NCBI GenBank assembly: GCA_900552245.1
Contig: URYY01000001.1
Coordinates: forward strand, 1 to 53,538
Source: an uncultured Opitutales bacterium
GTDB taxonomy: Bacteria; Verrucomicrobiota; Verrucomicrobiia; Opitutales; Intestinicryptomonadaceae
Reading direction: 5' to 3'
Length of the DNA stretch: 53,538 nucleotides
In this document: piece by piece, positions 1-9,145 of the stretch
How positions within the stretch are numbered: position 1 is the stretch's first letter
How the letters are laid out: each line of letters opens with the position of its first letter
Notes under the pieces: generated by a model
Told to the model about the DNA's origin: nothing
What the model saw: the letters and a program-made list of their open reading frames with translations, nothing else
Database searches by the model: none
Program-made: the position numbers and the translations under genes

Positions 1-213
1 ATTTTTCCAATCCGGCTGAGCGACAATTCCAACCTTGTATCCCGCATTTAAAAGAGTGCGCGCAATGACGACGGGGCCGAAACTCGGGTGATCCACGTAG
101 GCATCTCCGGTGACTACGAGTATATCTATCTGGCTCCAGCCGCGGGCGCGCATCTCGGCAAGAGTCATTGGCACAAACTTTGTGAGGTAGCCGTTTTTCA
201 TTCTCACAGACAT
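1..213 (-). CDS. ygiQ: YgiQ-family (UPF0313) radical SAM protein, N-terminal part; runs off the left edge
   Basis: Not in the ORF track. Manual translation gives MSVRMKNGYLTKFVPMTLAEMRARGWSQIDILVVTGDAYVDHPSFGPVVIARTLLNAGYKVGIVAQPDWKN, containing the family motif GDAYVDHPSFG...GI.AQPDW. Start at 213, or alternatively 201. Confidence 0.9.
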   Translation of the reverse strand, partial: MSVRMKNGYLTKFVPMTLAEMRARGWSQIDILVVTGDAYVDHPSFGPVVIARTLLNAGYKVGIVAQPDWKN

Positions 214-614
214 AATTAAAGCTATCTAAAAAAAATCAAGTTCCAAGACCTTGCATGTTTGATTTTAGCTTTGCTCCGTCGCGGTAATTTTTGGAAGGTA
301 TCGCAATTTTTTACATCGCATTTGGCTACTTAAGCCCTTCTTGCAAGGTGCAGGAGTAAATAAACTTCCAAACTTTTTTTCGCAATATTTTATAGATTTT
401 AAATTAAAAAGATACGAACTAGCGAACCTTGGGCAAGGCGCATAAATAACTAGGCCTACTTCGGAAATTAGCTTGTAAAATTCTTCTAAAGGCGAAAAGT
501 TCCAAGTTTCTAAAGTAGCAAATACAAATTAAAAAATTGCATATTCTTTAGTTTTTTATTCTAAATGACGAAGACTAATATTGATAAAAAACAAATTTAG
601 CCATATTTTAAAAT

Positions 615-2228
615 ATGAAGTTTAAAACAGCCCTTCTATTTTTATTTTTCTGCGCCGAACTTTGCGCATACACGCCAGAAAACGTATTTGTAATAGCAAA
701 TTCCACTTCTAAAAAATCGATGGAACTTGCAGAAACCTATTGCCGGAAGCGAAATATTCCGAGCGAAAATATAATCGCTTTAAACCTTAAAGAAGCCCCC
801 GACATCACTCGAGAGCTCTACGAGCGGCAAATAGCAATTCCCGTTTATGAGGCCCTAAAAAAATCCGGAAAAATTAGCGCCTTAAACGGCACAAATATTC
901 CAAAGGAGGCGCTCGTTACGCAAAGCCAAGTTGAGGCCATAACAATCTGCAAGGGCGTTCCATTCATAATTCGCCCGGAAATTGCGGAGATGAAAGGCGA
1001 AAAGAAAAACTACATAAAAAACGACGCGGCTTCCGTCGATAGCGAACTAGCAATGCTCTTGCAAGGCTCGTATCAGCTAAACGGATTTAGAAAAAACCCG
1101 GCTGCCGGAATGGAGCTAAGCATGGATATGGCAAAAATTCTAAAGCTAATCCCGATAGGGCGCCTCGACGGCCACACTTACGAAGCCGCAAAATCAGTAC
1201 TCGAAAGCGCCCTTGAAGCCGAAAAAAAAGGCCTGCGCGGAAGAGCCTACATAGATAAATCAAAGAAATACAAGGAGGGCGACCTTCGCCTAGAAAAAAC
1301 CGCCGAGGAACTCAAAGCCCAAGGCTTTGACATCTCTATAGACGGAAATCCCGCCTGCATGAGCTACACGCAGAGATTTGACGCCCCTATATTCTACTTT
1401 GGCTGGTACACATTCGCGCCAATTGCGTACTTTAAAAGCAAGGATATGCTATTTGCAAGCGGCGCAAGCGCCCAGCATATATATTCGTGGTCAGCCACAA
1501 ACCTCACAAACACAAAGGCTACTTGGACTCCAAACTTGGTCTCGCACAGGGCAGCCGTTTCTTTCGGCTACGTTTACGAGCCCTTTTTGCCCCTTACCCA
1601 CAACTCGGCCATATATGTTAAAAGCCTCTTTCAGGGAAATTGCGCTGGAATAGCAATCTTGGCCTCGCAAATGGGTTTAAGCTGGCAGAATATAGCCATA
1701 GCAGACCCACTCTTTGAGCCGCTAAAGCACGATTTAAACGCGCAACTAAAAGATATTGAAAGCGGGCTAGGCGACGAACTTTCGCAGTACGCCGCAATAA
1801 GAAAGATGAACTTGTTAGCCGAAGCCTCCGGCAAGCAAAAGGCGGTGGAATTTGGAAAAGCTCTAAGCGAAAAACTCCCATCTAAGTTTGCGTTAAATTG
1901 GAAGATTTCCCAATTCTTGTCGGACTTAAATGAGCTAGATAAGGCAATTGAGTTTGCAAAAAAATCGCTTTTGGAAACTCCTAGAGCTTTCCAAAACTAC
2001 GGGCTAATATTTGAAATTTGCGCATTTTTAGAGGCTAAAGACAAGAACTTTGACTCGGCAAGCATATACGAAGAAATGCTCGATAGCGCATTTAAAGATA
2101 AAAACGACGACTTTCTGAAAGTCGCCCTGCCCTACGCGTTAAAGAGGGCAAAATTTGCCGCTAAAAAGCGAGAAAAATACGAGGGCAAGCTAAATGAGCT
2201 CCTTCCTCCAAAACCTGCAAAAAAGTAA
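615..2228 (+). CDS. TIGR03790-family exported protein with helical/TPR-like C-terminus
   Basis: Signal peptide; motifs PENVFVIAN..S.ELAETY...RNIP, ASVDSELA, GRLDG, FYFGWY and GYVYEPFL match my recollection of this family. Confidence 0.75.
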   Translation: MKFKTALLFLFFCAELCAYTPENVFVIANSTSKKSMELAETYCRKRNIPSENIIALNLKEAPDITRELYERQIAIPVYEALKKSGKISALNGTNIPKEALVTQSQVEAITICKGVPFIIRPEIAEMKGEKKNYIKNDAASVDSELAMLLQGSYQLNGFRKNPAAGMELSMDMAKILKLIPIGRLDGHTYEAAKSVLESALEAEKKGLRGRAYIDKSKKYKEGDLRLEKTAEELKAQGFDISIDGNPACMSYTQRFDAPIFYFGWYTFAPIAYFKSKDMLFASGASAQHIYSWSATNLTNTKATWTPNLVSHRAAVSFGYVYEPFLPLTHNSAIYVKSLFQGNCAGIAILASQMGLSWQNIAIADPLFEPLKHDLNAQLKDIESGLGDELSQYAAIRKMNLLAEASGKQKAVEFGKALSEKLPSKFALNWKISQFLSDLNELDKAIEFAKKSLLETPRAFQNYGLIFEICAFLEAKDKNFDSASIYEEMLDSAFKDKNDDFLKVALPYALKRAKFAAKKREKYEGKLNELLPPKPAKK

Positions 2229-2297
2229 AAAATTCTTTTTATAATTATAGACTTATAACTTTGCATTCACATAAAAGTCAAACGGCAAAGGCAAGTT

Positions 2298-2356
2298 AAA
2301 AAATGAACGATTGTTCATTTTTTGCTTGACCTAAAAGTGAACGCTCGTTTACTTTT
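2298..2356 (+). promoter_or_regulatory. shc promoter with two palindromic TetR-type operators
   Basis: AAAAAATGAAC-GATT-GTTCATTTTTT (2298-2323, perfect 11-bp arms) and AAAAGTGAACG-CT-CGTTTACTTTT (2333-2356, one mismatch) flank a -35 TTGACC (2326-2331). Confidence 0.75.
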
Positions 2357-2385
2357 CCGGGCTTTAATTGAGAATTTGAAAAGTT

Positions 2386-4407
2386 ATGACAGACACCCGA
2401 AGCGAAGAGTTAAAATCCGATAAAAGCATAGCCAAACACCTCGATAAGGCTGTTGAATGGCTCTTGGACAAGCAGCAGGAAGGCGGTTTCTGGAATGCGG
2501 AAGTCGAGACAAACTGCTGCATGGAGGCCCAGTGGCTCATGGCAATTTACTTCTGCGGCATAGACCACCACAAAAAGCAGGGCGTCATAGATTACATACT
2601 GAATTGCCAGCGCGAAGACGGCGCGTGGGACGTCTATACCGACGCACCAAACGGAGATATAAATACGACGCTCGAATGCTACGTCGCACTGCGCCTTTCC
2701 GGATTTTCCAAAGACGGCGAGGTCCTCACAAAGGCGCGCGCATGGCTTTTAAAGAACAAGTGGCACAAGCACATAAGGGTGTTTACGAAGTACTGGCTTG
2801 CCCTTTTTGGAGAGTGGAAGTGGGAGCACACGCCGGATTTGCCGCCTGAAATCATATACTTTCCAAAGTGGTTTCCATTTAATATATACAACTTCTCGGC
2901 ATGGGCGAGAGCAAGCATGATGCCGCTTACGATAGTTTCGGCAATAAAGCCCGTCAAGGAATTGCCGCCAGAACTGCGCCTTGACGAACTCTATCCTGAA
3001 GGCAGAGAAGCGGTGGACTACAGGCTGTTAAGAGACGAAAAAATCTCAAAGGTATCTTGGAAAAAATTTTTCCTTACAAGCGACAGGCTATTGCACGTTT
3101 ACACGAAGCTTTCAAAAAATTCGCGCATACGAAAGCATGCGATGAAATCCGCGATGGAGTGGATACTTTCGCACCAAGACGACGACGGTTACTGGGGTGG
3201 AATCCAACCGCCTTGGATTTACGGAATAATTGCGATGCACATTTTGGGCTACTCAAAGAATCAAGTAAATATGGCAAGGGCCCTAAATGCCGTGGATTTG
3301 CACTGGAGCGAAAAAACTCCAAAGGGAATACGCATAAAGGCCAGCGAAAGCCCCGTGTGGGACACCATGCTATCGGTAAACGCCCTCTTGGAAGCGGGGC
3401 TTACGCCGAGTTGCAAGAAGCTTTCAAATGCGGTGGATTACCTTTTAAATATGGAAAACCGCCACTATGGCGACTGGTCGAATCTAGTCGGCAGGAAAGT
3501 TGAACCAAGCGGTTGGTCATTCCAGCGCTCCAATGTGTATTATCCGGATATAGACGACACTGCGGTTGCGATGCTTGCGCTTAAAAAATTTAAGCGTCTA
3601 CTACCCTCCTACGATCAGAGGGCTGCGAGGATAGATGCGGCCTTGAGGCGCGCGGCAAATTGGATAATTGCAATGCAATCTAAAAACGGAGCGTGGGCTG
3701 CATTTGACAGAGACAACACAAAGGCCATAATCACAAAGCTGCCATTTTGCGATTTTGGAGAGGTGCTGGACCCTCCGAGTAGCGACGTGACAGCGCACGT
3801 AATAGAAGCCCTCGTAAATTGCGGCTACGACCGCAAGCACCCCGTCTTGCAACGCGCTTTGGAATTCCTCTACAAAGAGCAAGAGAGCGACGGCTCATGG
3901 TTTGGGCGCTGGGGCATAAACTACATTTACGGCACTTGGTGCGTGCTAACGGCTCTGGCGGCCGCCGGCGACACAAAGCAAGACGAACACATAAAGCGCG
4001 CGCTAAACTGGATTTACTCGCGCCAAAACCGCGACGGCGGCTGGGGCGAGAGTGCGGCAAGCTACATGGCGCCCCTATCCGCCGGCGAGGACGCAAAATC
4101 CACGGCTTCTCAAACCGCGTGGGCTCTAATTGCGCTTTTAAATTTTGAAGACAAGTTAAATCCGGCAATAAAAAGGGGCATAGAATTTCTAAAGTCAACG
4201 CAACTTGAGGACGGCTCATGGTATGAAAATGAATTTACCGGAACAGGTTTTCCGGGCTACGGGCTAGGGGCAAAAGTCGATTTGCGCGCGGGCAAGCCTC
4301 TGCCCCAGGGCAAGGAGCTCTCAAGGGGCTTTATGCTGCGCTACGGCTATTACTGCCAGTACTTCCCCATAGTTGCGCTAAGCCTTGCAAAGAAGACTCA
4401 AGCATGA
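2386..4407 (+). CDS. shc: Squalene-hopene cyclase
   Basis: Catalytic DxDD (YPDIDDTA); QW repeats (QQEGGFW, QREDGAW, QSKNGAW, QESDGSW, QNRDGGW, QLEDGSW); SPVWDT, GRWGINYIYGT and GTGFPG motifs. Confidence 0.95.
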   Translation: MTDTRSEELKSDKSIAKHLDKAVEWLLDKQQEGGFWNAEVETNCCMEAQWLMAIYFCGIDHHKKQGVIDYILNCQREDGAWDVYTDAPNGDINTTLECYVALRLSGFSKDGEVLTKARAWLLKNKWHKHIRVFTKYWLALFGEWKWEHTPDLPPEIIYFPKWFPFNIYNFSAWARASMMPLTIVSAIKPVKELPPELRLDELYPEGREAVDYRLLRDEKISKVSWKKFFLTSDRLLHVYTKLSKNSRIRKHAMKSAMEWILSHQDDDGYWGGIQPPWIYGIIAMHILGYSKNQVNMARALNAVDLHWSEKTPKGIRIKASESPVWDTMLSVNALLEAGLTPSCKKLSNAVDYLLNMENRHYGDWSNLVGRKVEPSGWSFQRSNVYYPDIDDTAVAMLALKKFKRLLPSYDQRAARIDAALRRAANWIIAMQSKNGAWAAFDRDNTKAIITKLPFCDFGEVLDPPSSDVTAHVIEALVNCGYDRKHPVLQRALEFLYKEQESDGSWFGRWGINYIYGTWCVLTALAAAGDTKQDEHIKRALNWIYSRQNRDGGWGESAASYMAPLSAGEDAKSTASQTAWALIALLNFEDKLNPAIKRGIEFLKSTQLEDGSWYENEFTGTGFPGYGLGAKVDLRAGKPLPQGKELSRGFMLRYGYYCQYFPIVALSLAKKTQA

Positions 4408-4979
4408 AAAACGCAAAGGAGCTAATACTTGAGCACACCTTCATTTTGATGCTTGAAAGGGGTCTGGACGGAGTTTCCGTAAGCGGATTGCAGGAGGCTA
4501 CAGGGCTATCCCGCGGGCTCTTATACAGGTATTACAAGAATAAGGACGAGCTAATTTTGGAAGTGTGCAAGCGCTACTTCTTCGAGCGCTACTTTACTTT
4601 TGATGTAAACTTAAACGAAATATCGCTTGGCGACTTTATAAATCTTGCAGAGAAATCGGCAAAACAGCTCTTCAAATCTTTGGAGAATATTTCAGGCAAG
4701 AAGGTAAACATATTGCGCTACAATATGCTCTACGCAGATGTCTTGGATAGATTGCCCCAATTTAAGGACTACGCTGCAAGCGAAATTAAGAAGATGCGCA
4801 TTGTTTTAAAAAGCTCAATTAGCCGCGGAGAGATAAAAGATTTGCCGGTAGATTTTCTGGAAAACGTGCTCTTAGATATACTAGGCAGGGTCGCTTGCCT
4901 ATCAAGCGGCAACAATCCAAAAATCTCAGATATTTTTAAAGACAGCAAGCGCTTCTACAAGCTCATAAAAAAGGGCTAA
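4404..4979 (+). CDS. TetR/AcrR-family transcriptional regulator
   Basis: N-terminal HTH (ERGLDGVSVSGLQEATGLSRGLLYRYYKNKDELI); ATGA overlap with the shc stop. Confidence 0.9.
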   Translation: MKNAKELILEHTFILMLERGLDGVSVSGLQEATGLSRGLLYRYYKNKDELILEVCKRYFFERYFTFDVNLNEISLGDFINLAEKSAKQLFKSLENISGKKVNILRYNMLYADVLDRLPQFKDYAASEIKKMRIVLKSSISRGEIKDLPVDFLENVLLDILGRVACLSSGNNPKISDIFKDSKRFYKLIKKG

Positions 4980-5096
4980 CATCAAATTATACCCGCTTAA
5001 AATCTATTTGTAAAAAATAAGTTAGCTAAGAGGCGCTTGTTTAGCTTTGCATGCGCACTTCAAGAAAGAATAATAAAACGGCAAGCAAAGAAAGAC

Positions 5097-5128
5097 AAAA
5101 AAGCTCCGCCCAAAAAGCAAGCGGAGCT
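5097..5128 (-). terminator. Intrinsic terminator for the ferredoxin gene
   Basis: AGCTCCGC...GCGGAGCT hairpin preceded by an A-run, i.e. a U-tail on the minus strand. Confidence 0.6.
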
Positions 5129-5147
5129 CAAACAAAAAGTGATGTGA

Positions 5148-5381
5148 CTATTCTCCGTCGTCGCCGATAGCCTGAACGGGGCAGGAATCCATAGCTTCCT
5201 TAGCCGCATTTAACTCGGAGTCGTCAGCGGGCTGGTGCGAAACATAAGCGCAACCGGCGTCCTCATCGCGAGAGAAAACCTGAGATGCCGTTTCCTGACA
5301 TAGGCCGCAATCGATGCACTGTCTGTCAACATAGAACTTGCCCGGAACATTCTTTTCCGACTTGTCTGATTTGTCTGCCAT
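5148..5381 (-). CDS. Single-cluster [4Fe-4S] ferredoxin
   Basis: CIDCGLC...CP motif; 77 aa, acidic; TTGACG promoter element upstream at 5450-5445. Confidence 0.9.
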   Translation of the reverse strand: MADKSDKSEKNVPGKFYVDRQCIDCGLCQETASQVFSRDEDAGCAYVSHQPADDSELNAAKEAMDSCPVQAIGDDGE

Positions 5382-5535
5382 AATAGTAATCCTTTGAATT
5401 TTGATTAAAAAGTATGGATAGATGATTAGAAAATTTCAAGATTCCGTCAATAATAATGCGAGTAGGCCCAAATATTTTTTTTTGCAAAAATTTTAAATCT
5501 TGCAAAAAGCGAAACAAATTGAAGTATCTAAAACT

Positions 5536-5901
5536 GTCGGGAGACGGGCGTTCGCTCTATTTTATGGAGAGGAAAGTCCGGACACCACAGAGCGGAATTC
5601 CGATTGAAAGGTCGGGGAGCCTAAAGGCTTACGGAAAGTGCCACAGAAAACAGACCGCCGCGCGAGCGGCAAGGGTGAAAAGGCGGGGTAAGAGCCCACC
5701 GCGGTTCGGAGCAATCCGGCCGGCACGGTAAACCCAATTCGGTGCAAGACAACATATAGAGACGAGTTGCTCGCTCGATGTCTCAGGGTGTGTCGCACTC
5801 CTTGCGGAGGGTTGCAATTTATTTGCAGCCAGATAAATGAACGCTATGGCGCGTACAAACGCGTGCGCGCCGAAACAGAATCCGGCTTACAGTTTCCCGA
5901 C
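5536..5901 (+). ncRNA. rnpB: RNase P RNA, bacterial type A
   Basis: Conserved GAGGAAAGTCCGG, GGAAAGTGCCACAGAAA, AGGGTGAAAAGG..GGTAAGAGCCCACC, GGTAAACCC, AGATAAATG and ACAGAATCCGGCTTA; P1 helix GTCGGGAGAC/GTTTCCCGAC. Confidence 0.97.
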
Positions 5902-5950
5902 GCGTTTTTTAAATTGAAGTAGCTAGAAAAATTGTAGATTATAGAGGGCA

Positions 5951-6871
5951 ATGAAAAAATTTATATTGGCAATTTCAACACTTTGCGCCGGCTTTGCCTT
6001 GTGCGCGCAAGAGGCACCCCAACAGCAGGCAGTAGCGTGCCTGGGCAAGATTTCGGCGGGCGACACCATTGCGAGAGTCGCAGCCCCCTCTCCCATGGGG
6101 AATACCCCCATAATAACTAAGCTTTTTATAAAGACTGGCGACCAACTAAAAGCCGGCGATAAAATCGCTCAAATTTTTGGATACGAGAAGGCAAACGCAA
6201 GCTACGAAAGCGCAGTGGCGTCTTTAAATCTGCAAAAATCCGAAAGCGAGCTGAGGCTGCTTCGCCAAAAGATTGAGTTTGAAGAACTGGCGGGAACCTA
6301 CAATCAAAATTTGGAAGTTTTGCGCAAAGATCCGCCAAGGAGCGAGCGCGAGAAGCTGGAGTATGAGCAAAAGTCTATAGCCCGCAGATTGGAGCAGTCG
6401 AAGCGCATACTTGAAGCTATGCAGCAGAACGAAAAAAACATTATAGCTTCGGCGGAAGTCGCTACGCAGGAAGCGCTGAGAAGCCTCGACGAATTTACGG
6501 TCAAAGCCCCAATTTCCGGAGAGGTAATAGAAGTTAGCGCAAAGCTTGGGGAAGTTGTCACCGAAGCCGGCATATGCGAAATTGCCAATACCGACGAAAT
6601 GTTTGTGGAAGCCGAAGTTTATGTGAGCGACATAACTAAGGTGAAAGTCGGCGACATTGCAGAGTGTGCTCCTGAAGCTTTTGAATCCGAAATTCTAAAG
6701 GGAAAAGTGGTTGAGATATCGCCCTATGTTAAGAGCAACAGACTCTTTAGCCAAGACCCGAGCGAATATGCCGACAGAAAGGTGATACTCGTAAAAATAA
6801 AGCTCGACGAATCCGACAAGGTAAAGAATTTGATAGGCTCGCTTGTCAGAGTCAGGATTTTTGTGAAGTAA
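5951..6871 (+). CDS. HlyD/DevB-type periplasmic adaptor (membrane fusion protein)
   Basis: Signal peptide, lipoyl half-motifs (GDQLKAGD; VKAPISGEV), coiled coil, EAEVYVSDI.KVKVG and DP....DRKVI.VKI.LD typical of DevB. Confidence 0.85.
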   Translation: MKKFILAISTLCAGFALCAQEAPQQQAVACLGKISAGDTIARVAAPSPMGNTPIITKLFIKTGDQLKAGDKIAQIFGYEKANASYESAVASLNLQKSESELRLLRQKIEFEELAGTYNQNLEVLRKDPPRSEREKLEYEQKSIARRLEQSKRILEAMQQNEKNIIASAEVATQEALRSLDEFTVKAPISGEVIEVSAKLGEVVTEAGICEIANTDEMFVEAEVYVSDITKVKVGDIAECAPEAFESEILKGKVVEISPYVKSNRLFSQDPSEYADRKVILVKIKLDESDKVKNLIGSLVRVRIFVK

Positions 6872-6880
6872 AACTTTGCG

Positions 6881-8068
6881 ATGAATTTTTTTGTAAGACT
6901 CTACGAAAAAATTATCCCGCTTGGGATTCCGCTGTCGTGGCTGCAGCTCACAGGCGAGCGCAAGCGCTTTTACGCGGCGCTTGCGGGAATTACCTTTGCG
7001 GTAGCGATGATGCTTTTTCAGATGGGCCTGAGGGCCGCTCTATTTAAGCAGGTGATAGCGCCCATATCGCTTTTGAATGCGGATTTAATTATAGTTGGGC
7101 CGAACTACGAATACTTTGGAGTTGGCAGAGGCTTTCCTGAGGTACGCCTGCACCAGGCCTACGCGCTAAAGGACTTGGATTACGCAACCCCGCTAAAGCT
7201 CGGCACTATGTCATTTAAGAATGTGGATAACGGCAGAGAGCGCGATATCTTTGCAATAGCCTACGACCCATCTAAAAAGGTATTTTTAACAGACGATATA
7301 AATGCGGGCTCAAACGCGCTAAAAAAGGAGGGCTCCATTCTTTTTGACAAACTCTCTCGCGAGCAATACGGCGAAGTTGCAAAAGCATTTGCAAAGAATC
7401 CGCATTTAAAGACGGAGCTCGGCGGAAAGCGCGCAAGCATAGAGGGCTTGATTGAGATAGGCCCGACATTCGCAGCCGACGGAAACGTGCTTATGAGCAT
7501 TCCAACGCTCGATTCCATCTGGCAGGGAACACCGCAGGGAGTTGTGAATGTGGGAGTGCTGAAGCTCAAAGAAGGGGCGAATGTGGGAAATTGCCTTAAA
7601 AACCTCAAGGAAATTTTGCCCGACGATGTGTCTGTGATGACCAAGGAAAAATTTATTGAAAACGAAAAGCAATACTGGGCAAATCGCACGCCTATAGGCT
7701 TTGTCATAAGCGCCTCAATGGCGGTTGCAATTTTTGTGGGCGCTATAATAGTTTATCAGATTTTGTACACCGACGTCACCGACCACCTTCCAGAATACGC
7801 AACGCTAAAGGCTATAGGTTTTGACGATAAGTTCTTTATTTGGGTGATAATTCAGGAGTCGCTGATATTGTCTATACTTGGCTTCATACCGGGAACGGCG
7901 ATAGCCGCCCTGCTTTATTACGCAACGCGAGTAATTGCAAATATGCCCACCTACCTAACCTTCACAAACCTTGCCATAGTATTTCTACTTACATTATTTA
8001 TGTGCTCCATCGCGGGGCTTCTTGCCACAAGAAGGCTCAGAATGGCAAACCCCGCCGACATATTCTGA
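6881..8068 (+). CDS. devC: DevC-type ABC transporter permease (FtsX/MacB-like)
   Basis: PLSWLQL..ERKRF..ALAGITFAV.MM.FQMG; YQILYTDVTDHLPEYATLKAIG; C-terminal NPADIF. Confidence 0.88.
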   Translation: MNFFVRLYEKIIPLGIPLSWLQLTGERKRFYAALAGITFAVAMMLFQMGLRAALFKQVIAPISLLNADLIIVGPNYEYFGVGRGFPEVRLHQAYALKDLDYATPLKLGTMSFKNVDNGRERDIFAIAYDPSKKVFLTDDINAGSNALKKEGSILFDKLSREQYGEVAKAFAKNPHLKTELGGKRASIEGLIEIGPTFAADGNVLMSIPTLDSIWQGTPQGVVNVGVLKLKEGANVGNCLKNLKEILPDDVSVMTKEKFIENEKQYWANRTPIGFVISASMAVAIFVGAIIVYQILYTDVTDHLPEYATLKAIGFDDKFFIWVIIQESLILSILGFIPGTAIAALLYYATRVIANMPTYLTFTNLAIVFLLTLFMCSIAGLLATRRLRMANPADIF

Positions 8069-9141
8069 TGAAAATTTTAGTTGCACTTTCCGGCGGAGTT
8101 GACAGTTCCGTAGCGGCGCTTCTCTTAAAGCAGCAGGGCTACGACGTTAAAGCCGCATACATGAAAACTTGGGTTAATGAAGACGCATCTAGCGCCTTTG
8201 GAGACTGCCCGTGGCATCAGGACGTGCGCGACGCCGAGCAAGTCTGCAAGAAAATCGGAGTGGATTTTGAAGTAGTCGATTTCATAAAGCAATACCACGA
8301 CGAGATTGTGGAATATATGGTTGAGGGCTACAAGCGCGGAATAACGCCGAACCCCGATGTGATGTGCAATAGGAAGATGAAGTTCGGAAAGTTTCTGGAT
8401 TACGCAAAACAGATAGGGCGCGATGTCGTTGCAACGGGGCACTATTGTGCAAGCGTTGAAAATCCCGACGGCACAAAGGATTTGGTAATGGGGGCAGACC
8501 CAAGCAAAGACCAATCTTACTTTCTTGCTATGATTACGCGAAGGCAGCTTAAGAGCGCGATGTTTCCCATAGGTTCTCTTCTAAAAAGCGAGGTGCGCGA
8601 AGTTGCCAGAATGAACGGCCTTTGCAATTCGGAAAAGAAGGATAGCCAGGGAATATGCTTTCTAGGCAAAGTTAAGATACAAGACTTTCTGCGAAACTTC
8701 ATAGAGGAAAAACCCGGAGATATAGTGGACGCAAAGGGCAGAGTTCTCGGGCGCCACAGGGGGCTTTTTAACTACACAATAGGCCAGCGCAAGGGAATCG
8801 GAGTTCCCTCAAATAGAGATAGGCAAAATTACGTAGTAGTAGCCAAAGATTTTGAAAAGAACATTTTGCGAATAGACTTTGACTCCCCTAACCTACCCGA
8901 ACTTTGGAAGAGCGAGGTGGAAGTTGAGAATCTAAATTGGCTAAACAGGGCTTTAGTTAGAGAGACAAAAATAAAGGCGCGCGTCCGCTACCGCGATCCT
9001 CTCGTAAACGCTACATTCATTCCACTTTCAGACAGCCGCGCAAAGGTTGTCTTTGAAGAGCCGCAAAGAGCCATTGCAAGCGGGCAGATTCTTGCAATGT
9101 ACGACTCAAACATACTCTTGGGCGGCGCAATTTACGTCTGA
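8068..9141 (+). CDS. mnmA: tRNA 2-thiouridine(34) synthase
   Basis: SGGVDS PP-loop, TPNPDVMCN, ATGHY, KDQSYFL and DSQGICF. True start is the ATG at 8068 overlapping the devC stop; the ORF track over-extends to 7840. Confidence 0.97.
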   Translation: MKILVALSGGVDSSVAALLLKQQGYDVKAAYMKTWVNEDASSAFGDCPWHQDVRDAEQVCKKIGVDFEVVDFIKQYHDEIVEYMVEGYKRGITPNPDVMCNRKMKFGKFLDYAKQIGRDVVATGHYCASVENPDGTKDLVMGADPSKDQSYFLAMITRRQLKSAMFPIGSLLKSEVREVARMNGLCNSEKKDSQGICFLGKVKIQDFLRNFIEEKPGDIVDAKGRVLGRHRGLFNYTIGQRKGIGVPSNRDRQNYVVVAKDFEKNILRIDFDSPNLPELWKSEVEVENLNWLNRALVRETKIKARVRYRDPLVNATFIPLSDSRAKVVFEEPQRAIASGQILAMYDSNILLGGAIYV

Positions 9142-9145
9142 GAAT

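Noticed and set aside
214..614. 400-bp AT-rich divergent intergenic region with a repeated AAGTTCCAAG (about 238 and 498)
   Set aside because: Only two short copies with no regular spacing, stable fold or ORF; explained as a divergent promoter region and not a CRISPR array.
5456..5817. Short ORFs at 5456-5731, 5562-5798 and 5629-5817
   Set aside because: They overlap the RNase P RNA gene and are spurious translations of structured RNA.
7840..8067. 76-aa N-terminal extension of MnmA in the ORF track
   Set aside because: It lies inside devC in another frame; MnmA homology starts at MKILVALSGG (8068).
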